A program made the translations under genes and the position numbers. DNA of 61,898 bases from Patescibacteria group bacterium (GTDB lineage Bacteria; Patescibacteriota; Minisyncoccia; Phycocordibacterales; XYD1-FULL-46-19), in assembly GCA_048617235.1 (NCBI GenBank), contig JBMCHT010000002.1, positions 1 through 61,898 on the forward strand, in the 5' to 3' direction. Each line of letters starts with the position of its first letter. The first letter of the stretch is position 1. The notes under the pieces were generated by a model. It was not told the origin of the DNA, made no database searches, and saw only the letters and a program-made list of their open reading frames with translations. Positions 9,471-18,981 of this stretch are shown here, in pieces.

Positions 9471-10064
9471 CTAAACCTGTAAATGAGGTCGACTCCTTAG
9501 AAAAGACCTTAAGCTTATCATAGCTATTATCCAACTCAAAAAAACGGCCATACCGTAAATAGTCATAAGTGAACCATAAGTATATAAATCTACAGATAAT
9601 ATTTCCAATATCAACATAAACAACCAAGAAACTATAAAAATCACCTGCCCGGTATATAAACCAATACTTTTTTTTCTAAAAATTGGTTGATCCGGTAAAT
9701 ACAAATCCAAATTGTTTTTTAATAAAGGTAAATGTTTTAGTTGAAAAAACAAACCATTAATCAAAATAATAACAATAATGGTAATCACCGCCAAAAAATT
9801 ATCAGACTCCACATAATATTGCCAATAAGTCCCGGTTAGCAAAGAAGAGCCCAGCACAACCAACAATAAAGCCAACCAGATAATATAACTACCCAATTTA
9901 ATAAAACGCAATTCCGATCGAGTGATTATTTTATCACTAATAGAAGTTAAAAACATAACACCGGTTAAAACAGTCGCTCCTAATCCTAAGCTCAAACCTA
10001 ACATATATAACAAATTAAAAAATACTGACCAATGAATAAAATCCAACCCTGTTTCCATAAACAT
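9471..10064 (-). CDS. integral membrane protein (same family as 53045..53491)
   Basis: Five to six TM segments. Shares the GLGA...IW...INGLF...LLK pattern with the 148-aa ORF at 53 kb. Confidence 0.6.
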   Translation of the reverse strand: MFMETGLDFIHWSVFFNLLYMLGLSLGLGATVLTGVMFLTSISDKIITRSELRFIKLGSYIIWLALLLVVLGSSLLTGTYWQYYVESDNFLAVITIIVIILINGLFFQLKHLPLLKNNLDLYLPDQPIFRKKSIGLYTGQVIFIVSWLFMLILEILSVDLYTYGSLMTIYGMAVFLSWIIAMISLRSFLRSRPHLQV

Positions 10065-10092
10065 GATAAATGATTAAATTAACTATTAATTA

Positions 10093-10266
10093 TTACCCGA
10101 TTTTTCTTCCTTGTAACCACTCTTGTAAACTTTTAGCAAACTCAGGATCAACCTTAGCTTTATCTTTAATTTCCTGCCAACCCCGAGCACACTCGATACA
10201 AAGACCGGAATCACAGCAAATCTGGCATTGGTCTTGTTCTACTAACTTAAATTCTTTCTTTTCCAT
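10093..10266 (-). CDS. small Cys-rich protein (57 aa), below the ORF-track cutoff
   Basis: Hand translation gives MEKKEFKLVEQDQCQICCDSGLCIECARGWQEIKDKAKVDPEFAKSLQEWLQGRKIG*. It contains CxxCC and CxxC motifs and is co-oriented with its neighbours. Confidence 0.45.
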   Translation of the reverse strand: MEKKEFKLVEQDQCQICCDSGLCIECARGWQEIKDKAKVDPEFAKSLQEWLQGRKIG

Positions 10267-10343
10267 AATGTTTTATTTATTATTTTTAATTAAAGAATTA
10301 AATCTAATTTAATTATAACAAAGACTTTCTTAAATAAAAACTA

Positions 10344-10373
10344 TTGATTTTTTCCACTTGTCTTTGTTAAAAT
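10344..10373 (+). promoter_or_regulatory. candidate sigma70-type promoter of clpB (TTGATT-N18-TAAAAT)
   Basis: -35 at 10344..10349 and -10 at 10368..10373. Only 6 nt separate the -10 from the ATG at 10380. Confidence 0.35.
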
Positions 10374-10379
10374 GCAATT

Positions 10380-12959
10380 ATGAATCCAGAAAAATTTACA
10401 GAGAAATCTTTATTATCTTTACAAGATGCTGTTAATTTAGCTAGTCAAAAAAAACAAGCCACAGTTGAAGATTGGCATTTATTAGAAGCCCTATTGCAGC
10501 AGGAAGAAACCTTGATTAAACCATTGTTAATTCAAAATCAAATAAATTTACCCGAACTAATTGAAGAAATAGATAAAAAAATAAATAATTTACCAACTCT
10601 GAATCAACAAGCCCAACCTCAATTATCACCAATTTTAGCTAAAATAATTAATCAAGCCGAAACTCTAACCAAAAGCTGGCAAGATGATTATATTAGTTCC
10701 GAACATTTATTATTGGCTTTCTTAGAAACAGACAGTCCAGCAGGTTATTTACTTAAAGATAAAGGTCTTCAAGTAGAAATTATTAATAACCAAATTAAAA
10801 AACTCAGAGGTAATATGAAAGTAGAAGATAAAAATCCGGAAACAAAATATAATGTTCTGGAAAAATATGGTCAAGATTTTACCAAAATGGCCGAAGCCGG
10901 ACAATTGGATCCAGTTATCGGTCGAGATAATGAAATTCGTCGAGTAATGCAAGTTTTGTCACGACGAACTAAAAATAATCCGGTTTTAATTGGTGAGGCC
11001 GGAGTCGGCAAAACCACCATTGTTGAAGGCTTGGCTCAAAGAATAATTACCGGTGATATACCGGAGCAATTAAAAAATAAAAAATTAATCGGTTTAGAAA
11101 TCGGCAGTCTCTTGGCTGGAGCTAAATACCGAGGTGAATTTGAAGAAAGATTAAAAGCGGTTTTAACCGAGGTGGAAAAATCTGCCGGACAAATTATTAT
11201 GTTTGTAGATGAATTACACACCATCGTCGGAGCCGGAAAAGCCGAAGGGGCTATGGATGCCGGTAATATGATGAAACCTCTCTTGGCTCGTGGTAAACTA
11301 CGAATGATTGGAGCCACCACTTTAAAAGAATACCGAGAAAACATAGAAAAAGACCCGGCTTTGGAAAGAAGATTCCAACCGGTATTTGTCGCTGAACCCG
11401 GAGTTGACGATACCATAGCCATTTTAAGAGGTTTAAAAGAAAAATATGAACTTCACCATGGAGTCAGGATCACTGATCAAGCTTTAGTTACAGCTGCTTC
11501 TTTATCTGATCGCTATATAGCCGATCGTTTTCTACCGGATAAAGCGGTAGATTTGATGGATGAAGCCACCGCTGCCGTTAAAATGGCTATAGATAGTTTA
11601 CCGGCGGAATTAGACAATCTACGCCGTCAAGAAACTCAATTGGAAATAGAAAAACAAGCTTTAAAAAAAGAAAAAGACGAAGCCAGTAAAAAGCGCTTAA
11701 AAGAAATAGAAAAAAAACTGGCTAATCTGAAAGAAAAAATCAAAAATCAAGAAGCTACTTGGCGTCATGAAAAAGATCTGATTGCTCAAAATCGCCAGCT
11801 ATCGGAAAAGTTGGAAAACTTAAAAATTAAACAAGAGCAAGCTGAAAGAAACGGAGATTATGATCAAGCGGCTAAAATTCGCTATGATGAATTACCGGCT
11901 ACAGAAAAAGAAATTAAAACTGTTCAAAAGAAATTGGATCAAATACCGGCAAGTGACAGAATTTTAAGAGAAGAAGTTACGGATGAAGATATTGCCACAG
12001 TTATCGCTCGATGGACCGGAATTCCGGCTAATCGCTTATTAGAAACCGAAGCGGAAAAATTATCTAAAATGGAAGAAGAGTTGAGCCAGAGAGTTATAGG
12101 TCAAATAGAGGCCATTTCCGGAGTCTCCAGAGCTGTACGCAGAGCCCGAGCCGGTCTTAAAGCTTACAATAAACCAATTGGTTCATTCCTATTTTTAGGC
12201 CCAACCGGGGTTGGTAAAACAGAACTAGCCAAAGCTTTAGCTGAATATTTATTTAATGATGAACATTCAATGATCAGAATTGATATGAGTGAATATATGG
12301 AAAGTCATGCTGTTTCTCGCTTAATCGGTTCTCCTCCGGGTTATATCGGTTATGAAGAAGGTGGCCAATTAACTGAAGCGGTTCGGCGTCGACCTTACTC
12401 GGTTATTTTATTGGATGAAGTTGAAAAAGCCCACCCGGATGTTTTCAATCTTTTATTACAAGTTTTAGACGATGGTCGTTTAACCGACAGCCAAGGGCGA
12501 TCGGTTAATTTTGCCAACACTATAGTGATTATGACTTCTAATTTAGCTAGCGACAAAATAGCTGACTGGCCGGATAAAGATACTGCCGGTTTAAAAACAA
12601 CGGTTATGACCGAAGTCCGAACTCATTTCCGGCCGGAATTTTTAAATCGTTTGGATGATATTATTATTTTTACCAAACTCAATGATGAAGAATTAGATAA
12701 AATTATAGATTTACAATTAGCCGAAGCAGCCACCATGGTAGCCGATCAAGGAATTAAAGTAGAATTTAATAAATCTGTTAAAGAGCTAGTAAAACGCCAC
12801 GGCTACGATCCGGCTTTCGGAGCTCGCCCTTTAAAGAGAGCTGTTCAAACTTTGATTTTAGACGAGTTATCAAATGCCATTATCAATCAAGAAATCAAAA
12901 ACGGCTCTCAAGTAACCATAACCGCTGATAAAGATAAAGTTAAATTGATTAAAAAATAA
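10380..12959 (+). CDS. clpB: ATP-dependent chaperone ClpB
   Basis: 859 aa with a Clp N-domain, two Walker A sites ([16 protein letters not shown]) and a long coiled-coil middle domain. Confidence 0.95.
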   Translation: MNPEKFTEKSLLSLQDAVNLASQKKQATVEDWHLLEALLQQEETLIKPLLIQNQINLPELIEEIDKKINNLPTLNQQAQPQLSPILAKIINQAETLTKSWQDDYISSEHLLLAFLETDSPAGYLLKDKGLQVEIINNQIKKLRGNMKVEDKNPETKYNVLEKYGQDFTKMAEAGQLDPVIGRDNEIRRVMQVLSRRTKNNPVLIGEAGVGKTTIVEGLAQRIITGDIPEQLKNKKLIGLEIGSLLAGAKYRGEFEERLKAVLTEVEKSAGQIIMFVDELHTIVGAGKAEGAMDAGNMMKPLLARGKLRMIGATTLKEYRENIEKDPALERRFQPVFVAEPGVDDTIAILRGLKEKYELHHGVRITDQALVTAASLSDRYIADRFLPDKAVDLMDEATAAVKMAIDSLPAELDNLRRQETQLEIEKQALKKEKDEASKKRLKEIEKKLANLKEKIKNQEATWRHEKDLIAQNRQLSEKLENLKIKQEQAERNGDYDQAAKIRYDELPATEKEIKTVQKKLDQIPASDRILREEVTDEDIATVIARWTGIPANRLLETEAEKLSKMEEELSQRVIGQIEAISGVSRAVRRARAGLKAYNKPIGSFLFLGPTGVGKTELAKALAEYLFNDEHSMIRIDMSEYMESHAVSRLIGSPPGYIGYEEGGQLTEAVRRRPYSVILLDEVEKAHPDVFNLLLQVLDDGRLTDSQGRSVNFANTIVIMTSNLASDKIADWPDKDTAGLKTTVMTEVRTHFRPEFLNRLDDIIIFTKLNDEELDKIIDLQLAEAATMVADQGIKVEFNKSVKELVKRHGYDPAFGARPLKRAVQTLILDELSNAIINQEIKNGSQVTITADKDKVKLIKK

Positions 12960-12962
12960 GCT

Positions 12963-13517
12963 TTATTGTAAATAAACAGATTCAGCTATCGCCTCCATTT
13001 CATCTGAAACCAGATGGTCAAACGTAGAAGTTGAAGGTACTTTTATCAACAGTAAATTTGGATTTTGCTTAACCTCTGGTAGATCAAAATAATAAATTGG
13101 ACCATAGAAAAAATCTACTGTTTGATGATCGTCTAGATTATATCCTAAATAAACCCGTTGTCCGTTACTTTTATGATCAGTAATAAAAGCTTCTTCTTTA
13201 TCTATCCAACAATGAGTTATATTAGAATTTATTCTCCGGCAAATATCCAACAATAAATCCTCCACCGATTGACCCTCCTCTAAAAATTTAACTTCAACCT
13301 CAATAAGATCTTTTTCATTTAAAAATAAAGTTAAACCCTTATCAGTATGAAATTCCGGATCCCAACCAGCTTTATAAGACAAACTAAAATTATAAATATC
13401 ATTTTTATAAATTTCCCGCTGATTTCTATTTACCGATGGTAAAAAATAGGCCACCACCAACAAAGCTATCAGCAATAAAACAAAAACTAATATTTTAAAA
13501 TCTATCCTCATTATCAT
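12963..13517 (-). CDS. membrane-anchored hypothetical protein
   Basis: 184-aa ORF with an N-terminal TM segment. Confidence 0.5.
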   Translation of the reverse strand: MIMRIDFKILVFVLLLIALLVVAYFLPSVNRNQREIYKNDIYNFSLSYKAGWDPEFHTDKGLTLFLNEKDLIEVEVKFLEEGQSVEDLLLDICRRINSNITHCWIDKEEAFITDHKSNGQRVYLGYNLDDHQTVDFFYGPIYYFDLPEVKQNPNLLLIKVPSTSTFDHLVSDEMEAIAESVYLQ

Positions 13518-13788
13518 TTATTTTATTAGATTTATTATTATCTTTAGTAGAAAAACGATTAAAAGACAATAAACGCCAAAAGACCGCCAAGGCCAAAACT
13601 CCGGCAATAATATTGAAAGCAGAAACCTCCATTTCTTCTATTAAATAAGCTTCCAACGCCAAAGCTAAGGTACCTAAAAGATAAACACCGACAAAAACCG
13701 GGCTAATAGATTTTTCCGGCTCTTTCCAAACCACCACCAACTGATAAATCCAAGCTAGAATTATTAAAGTTAATCCTAAAATAGTCAT
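13495..13788 (-). CDS. small membrane protein
   Basis: 97 aa with three hydrophobic segments. Confidence 0.5.
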   Translation of the reverse strand: MTILGLTLIILAWIYQLVVVWKEPEKSISPVFVGVYLLGTLALALEAYLIEEMEVSAFNIIAGVLALAVFWRLLSFNRFSTKDNNKSNKINDNEDRF

Positions 13789-13853
13789 AAGTTTTAAATT
13801 TATTTAATAAACATGTTTTATTATATACCAAAACAAAATTCAAAGCCAAATAT

Positions 13854-14168
13854 TTAAAGGCCGGAAAAACCATTTTTTTTATTTATAATTATATCATTCA
13901 AATACTGAAAATAATCCGGAAAATATTCACCGATAACCGATAAATCAAAAACAGGTAAAATAGCCGAGGCTGATTCTCGAGTTAATAAAAATTGAAATGA
14001 ATAATATAATAATTCCTCCGGAGTAATTTGACCCTGTTGACTAAGTTTTTGGTAATCAGTCTCAGTTAAACTAACTTCGTGTTGACTAACTTCCTCGCTC
14101 TCGGTTAATTCCACTTTATAAACATAACCATTAGTAACCGGAGTAATTTTTTTAATTTCCAAATTCAT
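13854..14168 (-). CDS. hypothetical protein
   Basis: 104-aa ORF, co-oriented with its neighbours. No motif recognised. Confidence 0.45.
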   Translation of the reverse strand: MNLEIKKITPVTNGYVYKVELTESEEVSQHEVSLTETDYQKLSQQGQITPEELLYYSFQFLLTRESASAILPVFDLSVIGEYFPDYFQYLNDIIINKKNGFSGL

Positions 14169-14174
14169 AGGTAA

Positions 14175-14573
14175 TTAATTAAAAGTTCTTTTTTGAAAAC
14201 AATCAATAAAATCTTTTCCTTGATCTTGGCTGAAACGAATCATATCTGCTTGTACCTTTATGATAATATCATCATCTCGATAAAAATCATCTTCAGCGCT
14301 TTTAATTAAAACTGTTTCTAAACCGGAAGAAGTTAAAAGAACGATTTTTGATTGATTTATTTTTTCCAACAATAACTCTTCATCGGAACCACAATCATAA
14401 ACAATTACTTGATTGGTAAAAAATTTTTGTCGTATATCTTTTACTCCAAAAATAACGGCATAAACAATAATTCCAATAGCAAAAAAAACGGAAATTAATA
14501 AGACTATTTTTAAAACCAAAAAACAGGAGCGACAGCCTTTTGATTCTTTCCCATTATTAAGACTATCTGCCAT
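14175..14573 (-). CDS. membrane-anchored hypothetical protein
   Basis: 132 aa with one TM segment. Lies 3 nt from the upstream gene. Confidence 0.5.
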   Translation of the reverse strand: MADSLNNGKESKGCRSCFLVLKIVLLISVFFAIGIIVYAVIFGVKDIRQKFFTNQVIVYDCGSDEELLLEKINQSKIVLLTSSGLETVLIKSAEDDFYRDDDIIIKVQADMIRFSQDQGKDFIDCFQKRTFN

Positions 14574-14575
14574 AA

Positions 14576-15334
14576 TTATTTTTTAAAAAAGCTATCAATC
14601 ACTTTTTTCAATCGTCGGCTAAGACCCCCTTGCTCTAAATTAGATAAAGATAGATGACCTCCTTTGGACCAAATAACCATTTTGGCTTTTATAGCTTCAG
14701 TTAATTTTTCAGCCGGTTTAATGGATACCACCTGATCATCTTTAGTGTGAATAATCATTATCTTCTCTCCCGGCAAATTTAAGGCAGTAGCCGGATTAAA
14801 AAAACGACCTGATCGAATCTTAGACCAGCCGCCGGGAGTAAAACGATAAGCCGCCCCAAAACCTTGTTTAATAAAATCCATTAATTTTAAAACCGGCTCA
14901 GCTTTACTTTCCACACGCCAATCTACTACCGGAGTTAAAGCTACCACTTTTTTAACATATTTATTTGAAGCAGCCAGCAAAGCTGCCGCTCCTCCAAAAC
15001 TGGATCCAATAATATAAACTTCCGGATTGTCTATTTTATATTTCTCTCCCGACCAAGAATTTTTAAAACCTTTTTTCAAACTATCAATCACATCTATTAA
15101 ATCTTGACTTGGTTCTGTTTTAAACATTTTTCCCTCGGACTCCCAACTCCCCCGATAACGAGGCAAAAAAACCCAATAACCCTTTTTAGACCAATGTTCT
15201 AATAAATTACGGCGGCGGCCGGGATAACTGGGCATACCACCGGCAAAAATTACAACCTTATTAGAAGTTTTCTGTTTAATTGGTGGCAAAAATTCAGCTA
15301 CAATATCTTTTTTGAATCTGGTTCGTAAAATCAT
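14576..15334 (-). CDS. alpha/beta hydrolase (S9/dienelactone-hydrolase-like)
   Basis: GSSFGG nucleophile elbow and a C-terminal GGH motif. Confidence 0.7.
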   Translation of the reverse strand: MILRTRFKKDIVAEFLPPIKQKTSNKVVIFAGGMPSYPGRRRNLLEHWSKKGYWVFLPRYRGSWESEGKMFKTEPSQDLIDVIDSLKKGFKNSWSGEKYKIDNPEVYIIGSSFGGAAALLAASNKYVKKVVALTPVVDWRVESKAEPVLKLMDFIKQGFGAAYRFTPGGWSKIRSGRFFNPATALNLPGEKIMIIHTKDDQVVSIKPAEKLTEAIKAKMVIWSKGGHLSLSNLEQGGLSRRLKKVIDSFFKK

Positions 15335-16599
15335 TTTATGTTTTCAATCACATAATTTATTACTTCTTTAACATCCATTAATTTATTTTCCGATTCAGTT
15401 CTTTTTTTAAATTCCACTTTATTCTCCGCCAAAGTCTTAGCACTAACAACCACTCTAAAAGGAATTCCTAAAAGATCGGCATCGCTTAATTTATCTCCGG
15501 CTCCGGCTTCTTGCCTGTCATCATAAATTACTTCCAAACCGGCTTTGGTTATTTCCATATAAACTTCTTCGGCAAATTCTTTAACCGGGGCTTGATCTAA
15601 ATTAAGTCCGACTAAATAAACCTGGAATGGTGCTACCGATACCGGCCAAACCAAACCTTGATCATCACTTAAAACTTCAGCCAAAGTACCCAATAAACGC
15701 CCCAAACCAATACCATAACTACCCATAATCGGCGGTTTACTTTGTCCGGCTTCATCGGTTAATAATAACCCCATAGCTTCAGCATATTTAGTACCCAGAG
15801 GAAAAATATTACCCACCTCAACCGCTTTTTCTTTTACCAAATCCGCCTTTTGTAAACCATATTGTTTTAAAGTGTCTTCATTATAAACCTCTTCATTAAC
15901 AGCCAATTTTTTATTTTTATCTATATAAATAATATCCTCTCCGGCCGAAGAGATTGTTTGAAATTCATCAGTAAAACCGGAAGTAAAAGAACCGCCGGCG
16001 GCCACTGTTCTATAAGTGATATCCCTTATACCCACTTTTTGATAAATTCTATTATAAGCCTCGGCACATTTTTCATAAAACTCTTTAAAATCGTCTTCTG
16101 TTTTATTAAAAGAATAAAGATCTTTCATTAAAAACTCTCTAGTTCTCATAATACCACTTTTGGCTCTCAATTCATTCCTGAATTTATTTTGAAATTGATA
16201 TACATAAACCGGTAAATCTTTATATGAAAACAGCTGGTGAGTTAAAAGATTAGTTATTGGCTCTTCATGAGTATTGGCTATTCCCAAAGTCTGACCATTA
16301 GCCAATTTAGTTTTAAACCAGATATCTAACACCTCATCATCCCACCGACCGGATTTTTCCCACAAAGAAGCATCCTGGAGTGTGGTCATCATTAATTCCT
16401 GACCTCCAATAGTATTCATTTCTTGTCTGATAATATTTTCAATTTTCTTTAACACTCGTAAACCAAGAGGTAAATAAGCGTAAACTCCGGCCATTTCTTT
16501 ATGAATAAAACCGGCTCTGATTAACAATTTGGCGTTCCGAGCCGTTTCGTTGGCCGGATCTTCTGTTCGAGTTTTGGCTAAGAAGAAAGATCTTTTCAT
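15331..16599 (-). CDS. proS: proline--tRNA ligase, compact form without a large insertion/editing domain
   Basis: The N-terminus is typical of ProRS. Class II motifs and a C-terminal anticodon-binding domain are present. 422 aa. Confidence 0.85.
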   Translation of the reverse strand: MKRSFFLAKTRTEDPANETARNAKLLIRAGFIHKEMAGVYAYLPLGLRVLKKIENIIRQEMNTIGGQELMMTTLQDASLWEKSGRWDDEVLDIWFKTKLANGQTLGIANTHEEPITNLLTHQLFSYKDLPVYVYQFQNKFRNELRAKSGIMRTREFLMKDLYSFNKTEDDFKEFYEKCAEAYNRIYQKVGIRDITYRTVAAGGSFTSGFTDEFQTISSAGEDIIYIDKNKKLAVNEEVYNEDTLKQYGLQKADLVKEKAVEVGNIFPLGTKYAEAMGLLLTDEAGQSKPPIMGSYGIGLGRLLGTLAEVLSDDQGLVWPVSVAPFQVYLVGLNLDQAPVKEFAEEVYMEITKAGLEVIYDDRQEAGAGDKLSDADLLGIPFRVVVSAKTLAENKVEFKKRTESENKLMDVKEVINYVIENIK

Positions 16600-16661
16600 A
16601 AAATAATATTTAATTTGCTTATCATTATCTTAATATAAATTAAAGTTTAATTCAAATTAAA

Positions 16662-16691
16662 TTGACAATTATTTCACAATCCAGCTAAACT
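16662..16691 (+). promoter_or_regulatory. candidate promoter (TTGACA-N18-TAAACT) for the 66-aa GC-rich ORF
   Basis: -35 at 16662..16667 and -10 at 16686..16691. Confidence 0.3.
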
Positions 16692-16728
16692 ATTTAAAGT
16701 TAACCGGTCTTCAAAAAAGGAGAAAACA

Positions 16729-16929
16729 ATGAAAGTCATCAACCGCTACCAAACAGCCTTGGCTTATTTCCATCAATTGGAAGTATTAAAAGCCAAAACC
16801 CGCCAACCACTACCTGATAGAGAAGAGCTGTATCCGGAATTAAAAACCACTCGACCCAAACACGATTCGAATCGAGTGGAACCGGTCGATTCCACCGGGG
16901 TTGGCTATCATTTAGACATCACCGTCTAG
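16729..16929 (+). CDS. small hypothetical protein, GC-richer than its surroundings
   Basis: AAAGGAG lies 7 nt upstream of the ATG and a terminator follows directly. It is on the opposite strand to its neighbours. Confidence 0.55.
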   Translation: MKVINRYQTALAYFHQLEVLKAKTRQPLPDREELYPELKTTRPKHDSNRVEPVDSTGVGYHLDITV

Positions 16930-16967
16930 CCCGTTTTCGTTTTCCAACGGAAACGGGTTCTATTTTT
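16930..16967 (+). terminator. intrinsic terminator
   Basis: 10-bp stem CCCGTTTTCG/CGGAAACGGG with an 8-nt loop, then TTCTATTTTT. Confidence 0.7.
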
Positions 16968-17442
16968 CCAATCTTTGATACATTCTTTTTTTATATTCAA
17001 CAAAACCCAATTTCTGCCAAACAGTAATTGCCGCTTGATTATTACTTAAAACATTTAATTCTACTATTTCTATATTTTGTTTTTTTAACCAAATTAAAGC
17101 TTGGTTTATCGCTTTCTTCATTAAACCCTGATTTTGATGTTCCGGTTTTAAAATAGCTCCGGAAACCACTCCAATTTGAGTTGGTTTTATATTGGCTGAT
17201 CCTTTATCTATTTTAACCAAAACATAACCAATCACTGAATTTTTATAAACAATTACCTGCCAATAAAAATCCGGATTATTTATATTTTTTATAAAGTTTT
17301 CTTTAAAACCGACCTGTAATTCCTGCCCCGAACAACAACGCGGTTCCAACTGATGATGAAAATCCGCTAAATCACTATTTAATTCAACCAGAGTCGATAA
17401 ATCTTCTTTATCGGCTCGACGAATTATATAATCAGTTTTCAC
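16960..17442 (-). CDS. GNAT-family N-acetyltransferase
   Basis: HQNQGLMKKAINQAL (a Q/RxxGxG/A-like segment) in a 160-aa protein. Confidence 0.75.
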   Translation of the reverse strand: MKTDYIIRRADKEDLSTLVELNSDLADFHHQLEPRCCSGQELQVGFKENFIKNINNPDFYWQVIVYKNSVIGYVLVKIDKGSANIKPTQIGVVSGAILKPEHQNQGLMKKAINQALIWLKKQNIEIVELNVLSNNQAAITVWQKLGFVEYKKRMYQRLEK

Positions 17443-17448
17443 TTTATA

Positions 17449-18438
17449 TTATTTTTTACGCTTTAACCAAAAACGATAACTTTTAATTAAACCACAAGCG
17501 ACCAATATTATCGGTAACAATACCGCCAAAATATAAATTATCCATTGAACCGCCAAAAGCAAAATTAAAGGTGTGGTAATTAATATATTAATTCCGATAC
17601 TTACCGTTTTTGTAACAAAATTTTGTAATTGAGCTCTAAATTCTAATCCAATATCTTCAGGCCATAATTCAGCCGGTAATTTTTGTTCCCACCTTAAACT
17701 GATTTTAGCTTCATCGCCTCGTCTTCTGGTTTCTTTAACGTGACTACTAAATTGTTTTTCTCGACTTTTTAATTTAAGTTCTTTTTCGGTAATACTCATC
17801 AACAAATCCACTCGCTCTTGAGCTAAAGGCATTTGTTGAGTTTCTTCTTTAACTTCTCCATAAGCCGCTAAAGTCTCCTTGATTATTTCTAATTCATTAA
17901 CTTGATAATCCAACTTGATAACAAAATCGGAGATACTGTAATTTTTAATTTCAAAATTATCTTGTAATGCTTCAAATAAAGTCTGGAAATTATCTATTGG
18001 AACATAAATTTCTTGATTCAAAATTATATTACGTTTAGATTCAGTTCGTCGTCCACTATAAATATAAGCATCAAAGTCTGTTAATAATTCCTGCAGTTTC
18101 TCCTCATCTTCATCCAAATCTTCTGATCGCAAATCCATTCGGCTTTCAGTTATCCGAATATCATTATCTCCTGACGGAACAGAAGAATCTCGGTCCATTT
18201 CCGGAGACATATAATCTTCCGTTTGAGCCATAGACAAAGAAGAATCATCATTATAACCAACAAGTTTACTTCTTAAAGAACCAGATAAAGAACCACTAAC
18301 TATTACCCACAAAATTAAACCAACAATTATTACAACCACTAAACTAGTAACACCTAAAATGGCAGAAATTAATTTGTGTTGTTTAAACCATGATCCCAAA
18401 GCAGACCAATTAAATATTGGAGAATTTATTTTAGACAT
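17449..18438 (-). CDS. membrane protein (N-terminal TM, acidic/helical middle, C-terminal TM pair; DUF4349-like layout)
   Basis: Topology read from the translation. The family call is tentative. Confidence 0.5.
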   Translation of the reverse strand: MSKINSPIFNWSALGSWFKQHKLISAILGVTSLVVVIIVGLILWVIVSGSLSGSLRSKLVGYNDDSSLSMAQTEDYMSPEMDRDSSVPSGDNDIRITESRMDLRSEDLDEDEEKLQELLTDFDAYIYSGRRTESKRNIILNQEIYVPIDNFQTLFEALQDNFEIKNYSISDFVIKLDYQVNELEIIKETLAAYGEVKEETQQMPLAQERVDLLMSITEKELKLKSREKQFSSHVKETRRRGDEAKISLRWEQKLPAELWPEDIGLEFRAQLQNFVTKTVSIGINILITTPLILLLAVQWIIYILAVLLPIILVACGLIKSYRFWLKRKK

Positions 18439-18605
18439 AAAAATTATAAGTTAAACAAAGAAATAATATTTTAATTATAATACTTTTTTGAAAAACTACC
18501 AATCTTTAATTATTAATCTTGGGCATTTACCATTTAATCATTATGTGTTAGAAATTACCAACAGAAAGGTTACCTGAACAATATCCGAACCAAGGAGTTT
18601 GTATT

Positions 18606-18926
18606 GTGAAATATCTAGCTGTCTATGAAGCAGCCGACCGTGTAGCTATGCTATCTGGGCATATTGCGATCCTAAAGGCGGTAGAAGACTTTGCTTTGGA
18701 GACAAACAACCCCGTACCCAAAGCTTTGAGTCAAAAATTAGATCAGGCTCGAGATCATTTGATCTACCGTTTCCGGCAATATAGTCAATTAGCGGAAACG
18801 ATCCCCCCTGAAGATCGATCCATGATCGAGGCGGAAATTTGGCAAACTGTTGCCAAAAATCAATCTGTCCACTGTCTGGATCCCTATACTGGAGCTCTTT
18901 TATTGTCTTACTTCCAAAAGCAGTAA
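18606..18926 (+). CDS. hypothetical protein, GC-richer islet, GTG start
   Basis: AAGGAG at 18592..18597 lies 8 nt before the GTG. A terminator follows. Opposite strand to its neighbours. Confidence 0.55.
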   Translation: MKYLAVYEAADRVAMLSGHIAILKAVEDFALETNNPVPKALSQKLDQARDHLIYRFRQYSQLAETIPPEDRSMIEAEIWQTVAKNQSVHCLDPYTGALLLSYFQKQ

Positions 18927-18943
18927 AAGCAGTAAAAACATTC

Positions 18944-18981
18944 AGACCCTGAAGCCTTAACCGGTTTCAGGGTCTATTTTC
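18944..18981 (+). terminator. intrinsic terminator (overlaps the stop of the convergent HD gene, possibly bidirectional)
   Basis: 10-bp stem AGACCCTGAA/TTCAGGGTCT with a 12-nt loop, then ATTTTC. Confidence 0.7.

Noticed and set aside
10070-10312. An 80-aa plus-strand ORF lies upstream of clpB.
   Set aside because: It has an implausible composition and no RBS, and it overlaps the clpB promoter region. The minus-strand Cys-rich 57-aa ORF is the more credible reading.
16850-16915. A TTCGAATC (T-loop-like) string and two short hairpins inside the 66-aa ORF suggested a tRNA or tmRNA-like element.
   Set aside because: No acceptor stem, anticodon arm or CCA context could be built. The region is better explained as coding sequence with an RBS and terminator. 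An Infernal scan would settle it.
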